Shown in pieces: positions 8,854 to 17,919 of a DNA stretch of 64,000 nt. Position 1 is the first letter of the stretch. Each line of letters begins with the position of its first letter. The position numbers and the translations under genes were made by a program. This DNA comes from Candidatus Poribacteria bacterium (GTDB lineage Bacteria; Poribacteria; WGA-4E; UBA9662): assembly GCA_046582655.1 (NCBI GenBank), contig JAYGDX010000171.1, forward strand, positions 32,974 through 96,973. The letters run 5' to 3'. Below the pieces are notes generated by a model. That model was given only the letters and a program-made list of their open reading frames with translations. It did no database searches and was not told where the DNA came from.

Positions 8854-11169
8854 TTATAGTTGACTGTTGATACTGACAACTACATTAAGACCCGGCGCGT
8901 CAACCCCTGTACCATGTTCACGATACCTTTTATCCAGTAGATTCTCTAGGGATATGGTAAGTCGGCTATATCCGGATATTTGGATACCGCCGCGCAGGTT
9001 GAGTGTGACCCAACCCGGCGTACCTTGGGCAATTGCTTGGCCGTCAGCATCAAACTCTATTTCACCAGTGTCACGGGTTGTGCCCGGAATACGTGGATCT
9101 CGAATGTCTCCGCGGCTCAGCCTGTCTTGCTTGGAAGCACCGCGAACAAAGAATTCTCCCCAAAACCTGTTGGCGGGTTGCATCCATCGAATACCAGCAA
9201 CTCCATTCAGCGGCGGTTCACGGCGAATGCGTTTCTCCCAAGGTTTATTTGGATCTGGATCTTTGCCGTTGAGTAGCAGCACCTTTCCACGCGTTAGCGT
9301 ACTGTTTCCGTAAACGCTCCATCCGGAACGAATTGGAACAGTAGCTGTAATTTCAATACCCTGAATCTGGACTTCATCCACGTTATCAAACACAAAGATG
9401 TCAATGCCGGGATTGGCTGTTTGAATGTCTTGATAGAGTTGTGGCAGCGTTTGATCACTGTAGGCTTCCTGAACCGGAACCCGGGTGACAAGGTCATTGA
9501 TCCGACTGTGGAAGAAGGTTATGGAACCAATTATCCGTGGATAGCGCGCTTTCAATCCGCTTTCAACTGTCCATCCCTTCTCCGAATCAATACCAGGACT
9601 TGGGGCGTCAATCCCTTCATTGGTTACCTCAACAGCTGTGGTATCGTTTAGACTCGGGGCTCGAAATGATGTGGCCACATTGGCGACAAAGTTCAACTGA
9701 TCTGTTAAACCAACTACAAGTCCGGCATTTCCTGTCAACGCGTTTCCTGATTCGTTGTATTCGTCGAATCCGGGTTCGCGGATACTTAAATCAGCCTTGG
9801 TATGGAAGAAAGTAAGTCGATTTCCCAGCGTCAATTCAACACGGTCATGCAGTTCAATTTCGTCCTGAACAAACAGGTTGGCGTCCCAGAATTGCGAGCC
9901 ATCGATAAATCTTCCTTTTTGCTGGTCAATCTGTTCAGCACCTGTTTTTAAATCGGTTTTGATAGTTTGACTTTCCAAGATATCGTAATAGAATTCACCA
10001 CCCGTGACAAGTCGTTGATTTGAAAATAAGGTGCTGACTATTTGTGTGCTAATCCCGAGAGTGTTAACTGTGTCAAGTTGTTGGCGACGTTCTACGGCAC
10101 TGTGCTTGACCTCGCTTCGACCTTCCTTTTGGCGATGGTAGGAGGCGGTGAATTGGAATCGGTCGACAGCCAATCCAATCTCTTTGGATGAATATGTGGC
10201 ATAGATCAAGTCACGGTTTTGCGGCTTGAAGTCAAACTCATCGTATTGGCCCGGCGCAATCTTATCGTAGCGGGGTGTTTGTGGCTGACGCCAAAGTTGA
10301 TAAGCCAGATTAATTGTGCTGCTGTCGTCAAGCTGGTAAGCTATCTTGGCATTACCGTCATAAGCAGCCCAGCCCAGCGGTTTTTGCGTGTCGATTAACC
10401 ATTTATCTGGAATATCTTTGGGCGGTTGATCAAATAATTTTACCCCTGCCGGCTTGTCGGTAACAATTTCAAACTTTCTGTTCTTATAATGGAGATCATA
10501 ACCACGGCCGGCGTTGATGTTGCCAAAACTTCTGGCAGAAAAGCCGGCAATAAAACCCAGTCGGTTCCGGTTACCTAACACTTCGATTCTACCAAGCCGT
10601 TCTGAGGTGGCACTGGCTAATCGGCTGGATAACCGTGGTGTGATATTCCACCTGTCAGCCGATTGGTTCAAGGTCGGATCTTTGGTGAAAAGGCTGATAA
10701 CCCCCCCCATGGCACCACTTCCATGTTGCGTTGAACCAGGGCCTCGTAGGACTTCAATCCGATCGAGGTTATCTGGAGAAATTGTGGCCAGGTACTGGTT
10801 GGGACCAGAACGGAAGGTTGAATTATTCAGTCGAACCCCGTCAAGTTGAATAAAGGTCTGGTATCCTGTCAAACCGCGGAGCAGCGGAGATCCTTGTCCT
10901 ACGGTTGTCTGCTGTACCCATACCCCCACTGTCTCGCGCAGCAACCGTGGCGTAATGCCAGCATTTATTCGTCCTATCTGTCGTTGACTGATGACCGAAA
11001 TGGCATTGGGTGTTCGAAAGACATCCTTTTCAACTCGGGTGGCAGTAACAGCCACTTCTTCCATCTGAATGGGGGGACTATCGGCGTTATTAGTCTGAGA
11101 ATAGGTGAAATTCGTGTTGACACACCAAATGCATAAGTAGAACCATATGGCGAGAAATCGTATTTTCAT
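8854..11169 (-). CDS. TonB-dependent outer membrane receptor
   Basis: Signal peptide; TonB-box-like EEVAVTATR; plug motif DRIEVLRGPGSTQHGSGAMGGVI; FRAPSL and ENLLDKRY motifs. Confidence 0.93.
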   Translation of the reverse strand: MKIRFLAIWFYLCIWCVNTNFTYSQTNNADSPPIQMEEVAVTATRVEKDVFRTPNAISVISQRQIGRINAGITPRLLRETVGVWVQQTTVGQGSPLLRGLTGYQTFIQLDGVRLNNSTFRSGPNQYLATISPDNLDRIEVLRGPGSTQHGSGAMGGVISLFTKDPTLNQSADRWNITPRLSSRLASATSERLGRIEVLGNRNRLGFIAGFSARSFGNINAGRGYDLHYKNRKFEIVTDKPAGVKLFDQPPKDIPDKWLIDTQKPLGWAAYDGNAKIAYQLDDSSTINLAYQLWRQPQTPRYDKIAPGQYDEFDFKPQNRDLIYATYSSKEIGLAVDRFQFTASYHRQKEGRSEVKHSAVERRQQLDTVNTLGISTQIVSTLFSNQRLVTGGEFYYDILESQTIKTDLKTGAEQIDQQKGRFIDGSQFWDANLFVQDEIELHDRVELTLGNRLTFFHTKADLSIREPGFDEYNESGNALTGNAGLVVGLTDQLNFVANVATSFRAPSLNDTTAVEVTNEGIDAPSPGIDSEKGWTVESGLKARYPRIIGSITFFHSRINDLVTRVPVQEAYSDQTLPQLYQDIQTANPGIDIFVFDNVDEVQIQGIEITATVPIRSGWSVYGNSTLTRGKVLLLNGKDPDPNKPWEKRIRREPPLNGVAGIRWMQPANRFWGEFFVRGASKQDRLSRGDIRDPRIPGTTRDTGEIEFDADGQAIAQGTPGWVTLNLRGGIQISGYSRLTISLENLLDKRYREHGTGVDAPGLNVVVSINSQL

Positions 11170-11194
11170 GGTGTGGTTTCGCCTATTCCTTAAT

Positions 11195-11318
11195 AGACCT
11201 CTTGCTGTAAGTAGTAAAACTCACCAGAATTCTATAGCTGAGAGGTACCTAAATCCATTGAATCCGTGGGCTCAAAGACCTCCGAACTTCTATTTATTTG
11301 ACTTAGTGCAAGAGGTCT
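11195..11318. mobile_element. Putative MITE (non-autonomous IS derivative), 124 bp
   Basis: Terminal inverted repeats AGACCTCTTGCtgTAAGT / ACTTAgtGCAAGAGGTCT (16 of 18 match), flanked by AAT on both sides (11192-11194 and 11319-11321); no ORF inside. Confidence 0.65.
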
Positions 11319-11350
11319 AATGTATTATTTGACAGGTTTAAGCATTAAGT

Positions 11351-12451
11351 TCAATTTTTGTAAGCCGCTTCAAGGGCTAAAATAGCGTAAGCTGTTACCA
11401 GAACTGGGTCACGTTCCATCCAGCGACTGGATTCGTTAATCCAGAAACCTTCTTGTGTTTGTTCTTCCATCAGCTTATCTGACAATTCTCGATACCAATC
11501 GTGGGAAACGCCTTTGGCATCGACAATCTTATCTTGACCGTAAATGCTTAAGGCTTTAGCCATGGTGTGATAATTATAGAAAAGCCCCTGTTTTCCCATC
11601 CCGTAATTTTCTTCAATAGTAAAATGTCTCTTAATCCAATTAATGGCCGATTGAACACGCTGATCGTTTTTATCAGCGTTGGCGTAGATGAAACTCAATA
11701 AACCCGCGTAAGTCATACTGGAATAGGATTTTGGGCTCCCTTTATCATCCTTGCCGGCTTTGCTCTCGCCGTTAGGGGCATAGACAAATCCGCCATCATT
11801 TCCTGCCCAAGCCTGATTGTTAGTTTCACTATTGTTTTGACACCTTTCCAGAAACTTTATAGCGTTATCCCAAGTATTTTGATCTTCAAAACCACTTTCC
11901 TTCAAAGCTTGCAGGGCAATGTTCAAGTTGGATAGATCGTTAACCGTTGCTCGGCTACCGTAACCAATTCCTCCAAAGTAAACGCTGTCTGTATCTAGAA
12001 CTTGAAGTCCTTTGATATAGTTTTGCGCTTTTGTAATGGCTACATCATAGGCGGGATTTTCCGCTGATGAAAGTGCCATAAGCGAAATGGACGTATTATA
12101 ATTTGGCAGTGCCGGTTGCATATTGACATCATAAATGGCTCCACTCGGTTGTTGTAAATCCACCAAGCCCAACATCGCGTTACGGATGAAAGCGTGATTG
12201 GCTTCTCGGTACTTATTTTCGGGATGCTTAAGGAATGCTGAAATCGCCATCGCTGTGATACCCGGATGATGGCGAAAGAAGCCATCTTTGTCCTGCTGTG
12301 CTTTCAACCACTCGAGTCCACGATTAATTGATTTTAATACTTCTTTGTTTAATTCATGGTAGGAGTTGGCAGCAATTATGGAAGGGGCTAAGGAAAAGCT
12401 AGCTAGAATGAATATGATTGATATAAATTGGGTCGACCTCGTTTTAATCAT
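11351..12451 (-). CDS. Secreted prenyltransferase/squalene-oxidase repeat protein
   Basis: Signal peptide; GLEWLKAQQDKDG, QQPSGAI, NDGGFVY, SMTYAGL and LVTAYAILAL motifs. Confidence 0.85.
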   Translation of the reverse strand: MIKTRSTQFISIIFILASFSLAPSIIAANSYHELNKEVLKSINRGLEWLKAQQDKDGFFRHHPGITAMAISAFLKHPENKYREANHAFIRNAMLGLVDLQQPSGAIYDVNMQPALPNYNTSISLMALSSAENPAYDVAITKAQNYIKGLQVLDTDSVYFGGIGYGSRATVNDLSNLNIALQALKESGFEDQNTWDNAIKFLERCQNNSETNNQAWAGNDGGFVYAPNGESKAGKDDKGSPKSYSSMTYAGLLSFIYANADKNDQRVQSAINWIKRHFTIEENYGMGKQGLFYNYHTMAKALSIYGQDKIVDAKGVSHDWYRELSDKLMEEQTQEGFWINESSRWMERDPVLVTAYAILALEAAYKN

Positions 12452-12583
12452 TTTGGAAACTCCCTTTATTGTGTTTTTGTAGTGCGTTTAGATTCGTACA
12501 ATGTCTTACACTAACAAGTAGCAAGTATTGTACCAACAAAATAAAGAGGGTAAAACTGAATGGCAGGTAGAAATTGGAACGGA

Positions 12584-12627
12584 AAGTGTCAAGTTTCTGA
12601 ACAGTGCTGTTCAGAAACTTGACACTT
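12584..12627. terminator. Perfect 21-bp inverted repeat at the asparaginase stop codon
   Basis: aagtgtcaagtttctgaacag-tg-ctgttcagaaacttgacactt. Confidence 0.6.
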
Positions 12628-13690
12628 AAGAGGAGGAGTGTGTGTTGGAATGAGAACTACTAGACGCTTCTTTTTTCGTCAGTTGGAATACAGGGCGAGT
12701 TTCGCCAACGGTCTGATGATGATAATTCTTCACCGATGGACAGAACTGATGCCAAAGTCGATCCAACCCGTCTCGAGGCAGGAGATCTAGTTTTCTGAGT
12801 ACCGTCAGTACGGCGGCATATCGTGGTTCACCAAGCCCATTTTCAATTTTCAGACCAATACCAAGTCCTTGATTTGGCAGACCAATGCCATACACACCTG
12901 CTGCCCCCGATTTTAACACCACCTGATTTGGAAACTGTTGCATCAAGGCGGCACAAAACCGACCTGATCCCGACATATTCTTAGGATAGGCAATCATGGC
13001 GTTACGAATATTGTTTAGTCCTTTTTGCCTTTGAATTGTTGTTGTCAATGATGGATCAGCCAAACGTGAAAAGAGCAGGGCTATTTTATCAATGGGTAGT
13101 GCGAAAGTTGGAACACCACAGCCGTCAATCGCAACGCCAATGTCGTTTGTTGACATCTCACCGACTTTCGCCACAGTATGAAGAATTTCTTGTTGAATCG
13201 GATGGGATAGGCCTAGATATCCTTCAGTGGGAAATCCTTTAATCTGGCATCCCATTAGCATACCTGTGTGTTTCCCTGAACAGTTGGAATGAATGGCAGT
13301 TGGTTCCTGGCAGTTTCGGATCATTTTAAGTTGGGTTGGCATGTGTCCAGGCAAATGAGGTCCACACTGGAGTGCTTCTTCTGTCAGCCCAGTTTTTTTT
13401 AGAATCTGTCGGACTAATTCAAGGTGGAAATCCTCGCCGCTATGAGAGGCACACATGACCGATATTTCGGCTGGTTTCAGCTTAAACTTTTCAATTGCTT
13501 GGGCTTCAATGGTTGGCAAAAGTTGAAAAGGTTTAGCTGCTGATCTCATAAAGGTGACCAGTTCCGGATTTCCGGCGGCGTATTGCAGGTTTCCTTTAGT
13601 ATCTACAACGGCAATAGCCCCACGATGAACCGTTTCTGTAATCGTTCCTCGGGTGGTTTCGATAAGTGGTACGGTATCTAGTGGACGCAT
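12626..13690 (-). CDS. L-asparaginase II (Rhizobium AnsA-type family)
   Basis: RSAAKPFQ, CASHSGE, HSNCSGKH, IDGCGVP and KSGAAG motifs. Confidence 0.88.
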   Translation of the reverse strand: MRPLDTVPLIETTRGTITETVHRGAIAVVDTKGNLQYAAGNPELVTFMRSAAKPFQLLPTIEAQAIEKFKLKPAEISVMCASHSGEDFHLELVRQILKKTGLTEEALQCGPHLPGHMPTQLKMIRNCQEPTAIHSNCSGKHTGMLMGCQIKGFPTEGYLGLSHPIQQEILHTVAKVGEMSTNDIGVAIDGCGVPTFALPIDKIALLFSRLADPSLTTTIQRQKGLNNIRNAMIAYPKNMSGSGRFCAALMQQFPNQVVLKSGAAGVYGIGLPNQGLGIGLKIENGLGEPRYAAVLTVLRKLDLLPRDGLDRLWHQFCPSVKNYHHQTVGETRPVFQLTKKEASSSSHSNTHSSS

Positions 13691-13723
13691 TAAAGTATGT
13701 TATAAGACCAAATCTTTGTTTTC

Positions 13724-14167
13724 TTACTTAAAGCGTATTGAATCTCCCATTTGAATTCTGCCTCCTGTAACGACGAGACAAAGGACGCCCCCCCGCCAAG
13801 CTGGTGTTAGTGCATCCTGTAAACCGCTATAAGCTTCATCCATCCGAGAGCATGGTTGTGTTTCACCAGTAACCTGAAGGACAATTTCACCTATTTGGAG
13901 ATGACTACCTATCGTGTTTTCGAAGGAGATTCCGTCAGTCAGCAAATTAGCTCGCCTAGTTGTCCAAGGAAGGTCGGCACCTAAATCTGAGCATGCATCG
14001 CCCCAATCTTCCTCGGCTAACAGGGTCACCTGACGTGTCACGTGTTTTCCCCGAAAGTCTCCATCGATACCTAGATCTATTGAAACATCTGCCGCATTTA
14101 ATAACTCCATAGGTGCACGCGATTCTTTCCGAATTGCAATTCCTTTCAATTTTCCATTCCGCATCAT
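13724..14167 (-). CDS. MOSC domain protein
   Basis: RQVTLL, RRANLL, ETQPCSRM and WRGGV motifs. Confidence 0.88.
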   Translation of the reverse strand: MMRNGKLKGIAIRKESRAPMELLNAADVSIDLGIDGDFRGKHVTRQVTLLAEEDWGDACSDLGADLPWTTRRANLLTDGISFENTIGSHLQIGEIVLQVTGETQPCSRMDEAYSGLQDALTPAWRGGVLCLVVTGGRIQMGDSIRFK

Positions 14168-14201
14168 GAAGCCCTTTCTTAATTATATTTCTTTTTACTC
14201 A

Positions 14202-15095
14202 TTAGTAATCCAGTTTTTCTGGCATGATTTTTCTCTTACGACGATGTAGTTTTACCTGATCACTGTAAAAGAACGGATCGCAGTCCAACCCTATTTCGCG
14301 ATCTAAAAATAATGGAAAGTCCTCTGCCGGTGGCTTGGCGTTGTGATAAGCCCATTTATAACTTCGCATAATTATACGTTGTTCATGGTTAAGGATCGAC
14401 ATCCATTCCGGCGAGGATTGCAAGTGGTCAGCAGGGGTAATCCAGGAAGGACAATAGGCAACAAAGATGTTTTTTCGCGTCACCTCACTCTCATTTGGCT
14501 CAACACGATGCCAAATGCTTGAGTTCATAATTGTCATCGTTCCCTTAGGCAGACAGAGAATTCGCTCACCAGAAACGCTTTCATGCGTGTCGTAAGCATC
14601 CAAGTATTGCTGGCGATGACTTCCTGGCATCACAACCATATTCCCCATCTTCTGGTGCGAAATATCTGTCAACCAGTATCCAATTTTAATCTGTAACGGC
14701 AAGTGTGATGAAAAGACACCATACGGTAGCGCTCGTGCCCCGTCAGGATGCCAGATATTGTAGTTATTGTCGCCGGGGGGACGGATGAAGATCTGGCTTT
14801 GATGCAGCTTTAGCAACTCGCCAAAAATATCGTATGCGAATCCGACATGACGAGAATGATCAATTAGGTTAGTAAAAACCGAATTTAATTCAACAATATT
14901 ATCCTTACCCCAGTATTCGCCATCTTGATATTTGGCATCAGTTGATGTCACCCGGTCAATGGCATCGATGTATTCAGCGACACCATCATCCGATATGGCA
15001 TCTTCAATGATGATAATGCCGTCTTAGTTGAATAATTCCCATTGTTGAAGAGTAAATCCATCGGGTGCTTTACGGTATTTTTCAGTTATCCGCAT
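14202..15095 (-). pseudogene. Phytanoyl-CoA dioxygenase (PhyH) family protein with early nonsense codon
   Basis: ATG at 15095 gives MRITEKY..QQWELFN*DGIIIIEDAI with TAA at 15024-15026, in frame with the downstream WHPD (HxD) and IWH motifs. Confidence 0.78.
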
Positions 15096-15109
15096 TTCGT
15101 TAGAGAACC

Positions 15110-16000
15110 TCATTGAGCGAAATAGTTTTTCTGGGACCTGGATCGAGATAGAAAGGCATCGCACACCAGTTTCGGCGCAGCAGATGAAATGCCGTGCGCA
15201 GTTTTAAGCTGAATCTGCTGGTTCTGTGGAATCATATCAGGTGGCTGGGCATGTAATACGACATCATCTGGACTCCAGACCCAGATAAGTTTATTCAATC
15301 CGACTGATTCAAAAGTAGCGGCGTCAAAATTGTTAGCTGGATGACGAATTGAAGTTGTATTCGCATCGAGAACACGATACGAATCGCAATGTCCTTCAAT
15401 TGAAAATCGCTGGTGGTTCGAAGGCCCTGACGGCAACTCTCGTTTTGTGTAATATGTTTGGGTGACGTAGCGTCCAATCATATGCCCCAACCTTGAGTTT
15501 CGTATCAATCGACTTAGATGAATTGCTGCCTTAGTCCCGAAGGTCAAGTGGCGTTCGAAAGCTGGAGCTTCTAAAACGATATAACCCATTTTGTCGAACG
15601 TCATCGGATACTGTTTTACTGCGTTGTAGGTGACCGCGCCGCCCATCGAGTGTCCCCAGATGATCCAGTTTTCAAAGCCGATTGTATACTTGCTTGACAG
15701 TATTTTCAGGGCTTGGTGAACATAGCGTGCAAATACCGGAATCGTGAAGGGTTCTAGAATGGAAGAGGTTCCCCATTTTTCCTGATCATATCCTGGATAC
15801 TCTAGCGCAATGCTGCGGCAGCCGTACTGCGCCAAACATTCAGCCAGAGGTTGAAAGTACAGCGCAGTTGCCCTAATACCATGGGCAAACAAGATGGTAA
15901 ATGTATGGCCTGGTGTATTAAATGGGTCAAGAGTATAATAACGTAATCCAACTTTTTGTCCATCGACTTCAATGGGGATTTCAGGCTGTGGCTTCAACAT
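15110..16000 (-). CDS. Alpha/beta hydrolase
   Basis: FAHG oxyanion motif and GHSMGG nucleophile elbow. Confidence 0.82.
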   Translation of the reverse strand: MLKPQPEIPIEVDGQKVGLRYYTLDPFNTPGHTFTILFAHGIRATALYFQPLAECLAQYGCRSIALEYPGYDQEKWGTSSILEPFTIPVFARYVHQALKILSSKYTIGFENWIIWGHSMGGAVTYNAVKQYPMTFDKMGYIVLEAPAFERHLTFGTKAAIHLSRLIRNSRLGHMIGRYVTQTYYTKRELPSGPSNHQRFSIEGHCDSYRVLDANTTSIRHPANNFDAATFESVGLNKLIWVWSPDDVVLHAQPPDMIPQNQQIQLKTAHGISSAAPKLVCDAFLSRSRSQKNYFAQ

Positions 16001-17019
16001 TAATCAGGTGCAGCGGCATCTCCGCTTTCGATCATACTCAGTAGCGGCGAATCTTCTATTTCAAGTGGTAAATTGATCTTTTGACGACGACGGCTAGATT
16101 CGTAGGTAGCAAAGATCAACTCGGTTGCTTGCAATGATTTTCGTCCGCTGAGCTCTGGTTCTTCACCAGTTTTGACGCACTCAATCAGGTTCAGTACCGA
16201 TAACGTTGTGTCGTTATAACCTTCAGGAACAGCACCTTGCGGATCCACCGTTTCCCAGTCAGATGCTCCTCGAGCTAGTATGCGTAATGATACCCCGGCT
16301 GCGTGTACCTCGATTCTACCATGGGTGCCAATAAGTCGGTTGCCCGCACCTGCTACCCCGGTACCGCCTGTTCCAAGTAGACCTTCCAAACCATTTTGCC
16401 AACGGATCCAGGATAACCCACAATTCTCAACTGGCACGCCAAACACCCGATGGGTTGCTGTGCTGTCAATTTGACCCATAACCCAATCTACCGGTTCATC
16501 GTTATTGTAAAAGAAGAACATATCAAACCAGTGGGTTCCCCAGTCTAGCAGATTGCCGCAGGCAGCTTCAACACGGACAAGATCGCCGATTGTTCCATCG
16601 TGTGCCAACTCCTTTGCTCTGACAAATTCGGCTCCAAATCGACGTTGATGACAAAAGGTAATCATGACATTGTTATCAAGACAGGCTTGGTACTGTTTTT
16701 TAGCTTCCCCCCAAGTGGGCGCCATCGGTTTTTCTGCATGAACGGCTCGAATACCACTGTTAGCTGCGTTGATAATCATGTCGGTGTGCATTTCAATCCA
16801 AGTGCAAACACTAACAAAATCAAGGTTCTCTTGATCTAGCATCTCCCTATAGTCCTGATAAGTGTTTGGTACATCAAAACTTTCGGCGAAATTGTTGGAA
16901 CTTCCCTCAATTGGATCGGCACAGGCCATAATATCGACATCATCTGATGCTTGGTACCCTTGGGCATGTGCGCGTCCTCGTCCGCCACAACCGATAATAC
17001 CAGCTTTCATTTTGGCCAT
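16000..17019 (-). CDS. Gfo/Idh/MocA family oxidoreductase
   Basis: GIIGCGGRG, EKPM and DWGTH motifs. Confidence 0.92.
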   Translation of the reverse strand: MAKMKAGIIGCGGRGRAHAQGYQASDDVDIMACADPIEGSSNNFAESFDVPNTYQDYREMLDQENLDFVSVCTWIEMHTDMIINAANSGIRAVHAEKPMAPTWGEAKKQYQACLDNNVMITFCHQRRFGAEFVRAKELAHDGTIGDLVRVEAACGNLLDWGTHWFDMFFFYNNDEPVDWVMGQIDSTATHRVFGVPVENCGLSWIRWQNGLEGLLGTGGTGVAGAGNRLIGTHGRIEVHAAGVSLRILARGASDWETVDPQGAVPEGYNDTTLSVLNLIECVKTGEEPELSGRKSLQATELIFATYESSRRRQKINLPLEIEDSPLLSMIESGDAAAPD

Positions 17020-17034
17020 AGAGTCCTCCTTTTT

Positions 17035-17919
17035 TTACTGTTGGTAATCTTGCGCAATTGTATTTAACAACCCCGCGTTTACATAACCACGATGTAAAAT
17101 CACGCGATATTTAAACTTTAAAATTTTATCTCTGCTGAGCATGATAGATTCGTAATAGGTTGGTGACGGATGCAATAATCCGTAATTTTTGTTGTTGCGT
17201 ACCCACCATGTTGTTGGATGACGGAGATTTGATGGGGAATCAATAATTGTAGCACCGTAAACTTGATTGTCTTCCGGATGAACTCCGGTCAAACTGCACC
17301 ATGTACTCTGATTACCGAATATCTTATCGGTATTGGTCCGACCGTTGGCATCGAGGGGTTCACCTGGAGTCAGCACATTATCAAATCGGATGGTCAGACC
17401 GCTATAGAAAAGTCCACCATCACCAGGTTTCCCGCGTTTAAGGTCGAAGGTGACATCTTGATTGTTTGGTTGAAAATCGAAAGAAATGTCAATGACTAAA
17501 TTGTCTGGATTCGGTGGATGTACAAAGGTTCGTCGAGTTTCCGATAGATGTTTGGTTTCCTTCCAATCAATCCAGAAGTTTTCGGTGGTGAAGGAAGCCC
17601 CATTTTGATCAAAAGATTGGTCGCAGATCTTCTGATGAACAATCCGACCATAGCCGGTTGGACTAGCATCTAGCGATGGTTGTTCCCAAAAATTCACGCC
17701 GTTGACCAATTTCCAGGCTATCCACATGCCTTGATGATGAACGTGGTCTGACGGTTGATTCATAGTTAAAATCGGCGAGTCTGGTAAGCGGAGAGGATGC
17801 CAATATGGCCGATACCCATCCAAGGGGAAATTGTAATCCATGATGATTTCATCCTGCCAGGTTAGGCGTAACCTGTTCCCAATTTGATTCAGTAAAAACA
17901 TAACACAACTCCATTTCAC
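17035..17919 (-). CDS. DUF6807/'PmoA'-family beta-sandwich protein
   Basis: RPYWHPL, DHVHHQGMW, VNFWE and D.PSN.RHPT.W motifs. Confidence 0.75.
   Translation of the reverse strand: MKWSCVMFLLNQIGNRLRLTWQDEIIMDYNFPLDGYRPYWHPLRLPDSPILTMNQPSDHVHHQGMWIAWKLVNGVNFWEQPSLDASPTGYGRIVHQKICDQSFDQNGASFTTENFWIDWKETKHLSETRRTFVHPPNPDNLVIDISFDFQPNNQDVTFDLKRGKPGDGGLFYSGLTIRFDNVLTPGEPLDANGRTNTDKIFGNQSTWCSLTGVHPEDNQVYGATIIDSPSNLRHPTTWWVRNNKNYGLLHPSPTYYESIMLSRDKILKFKYRVILHRGYVNAGLLNTIAQDYQQ

Noticed and set aside
11170..11350. Cobalamin or other riboswitch upstream of the TonB receptor
   Set aside because: No B12-box or other recognisable aptamer motifs; the region is explained by the inverted-repeat element.
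5862..12451. Hopanoid or sterol cyclase biosynthetic cluster
   Set aside because: Both proteins have signal peptides, a single repeat domain and no DxDD/DCTAE catalytic motif.
1379..15026. TAA/TAG read-through or pyrrolysine explaining the in-frame stops in the ribD-like, MFS and PhyH genes
   Set aside because: TAA is a common terminator in the window, and the ribD-like and MFS genes carry additional lesions, so decay is the simpler explanation.
17035..17919. Particulate methane monooxygenase subunit (also 34655-35467)
   Set aside because: These are soluble beta-rich proteins without TM helices and without pmoB or pmoC; the 'PmoA' family label is misleading.
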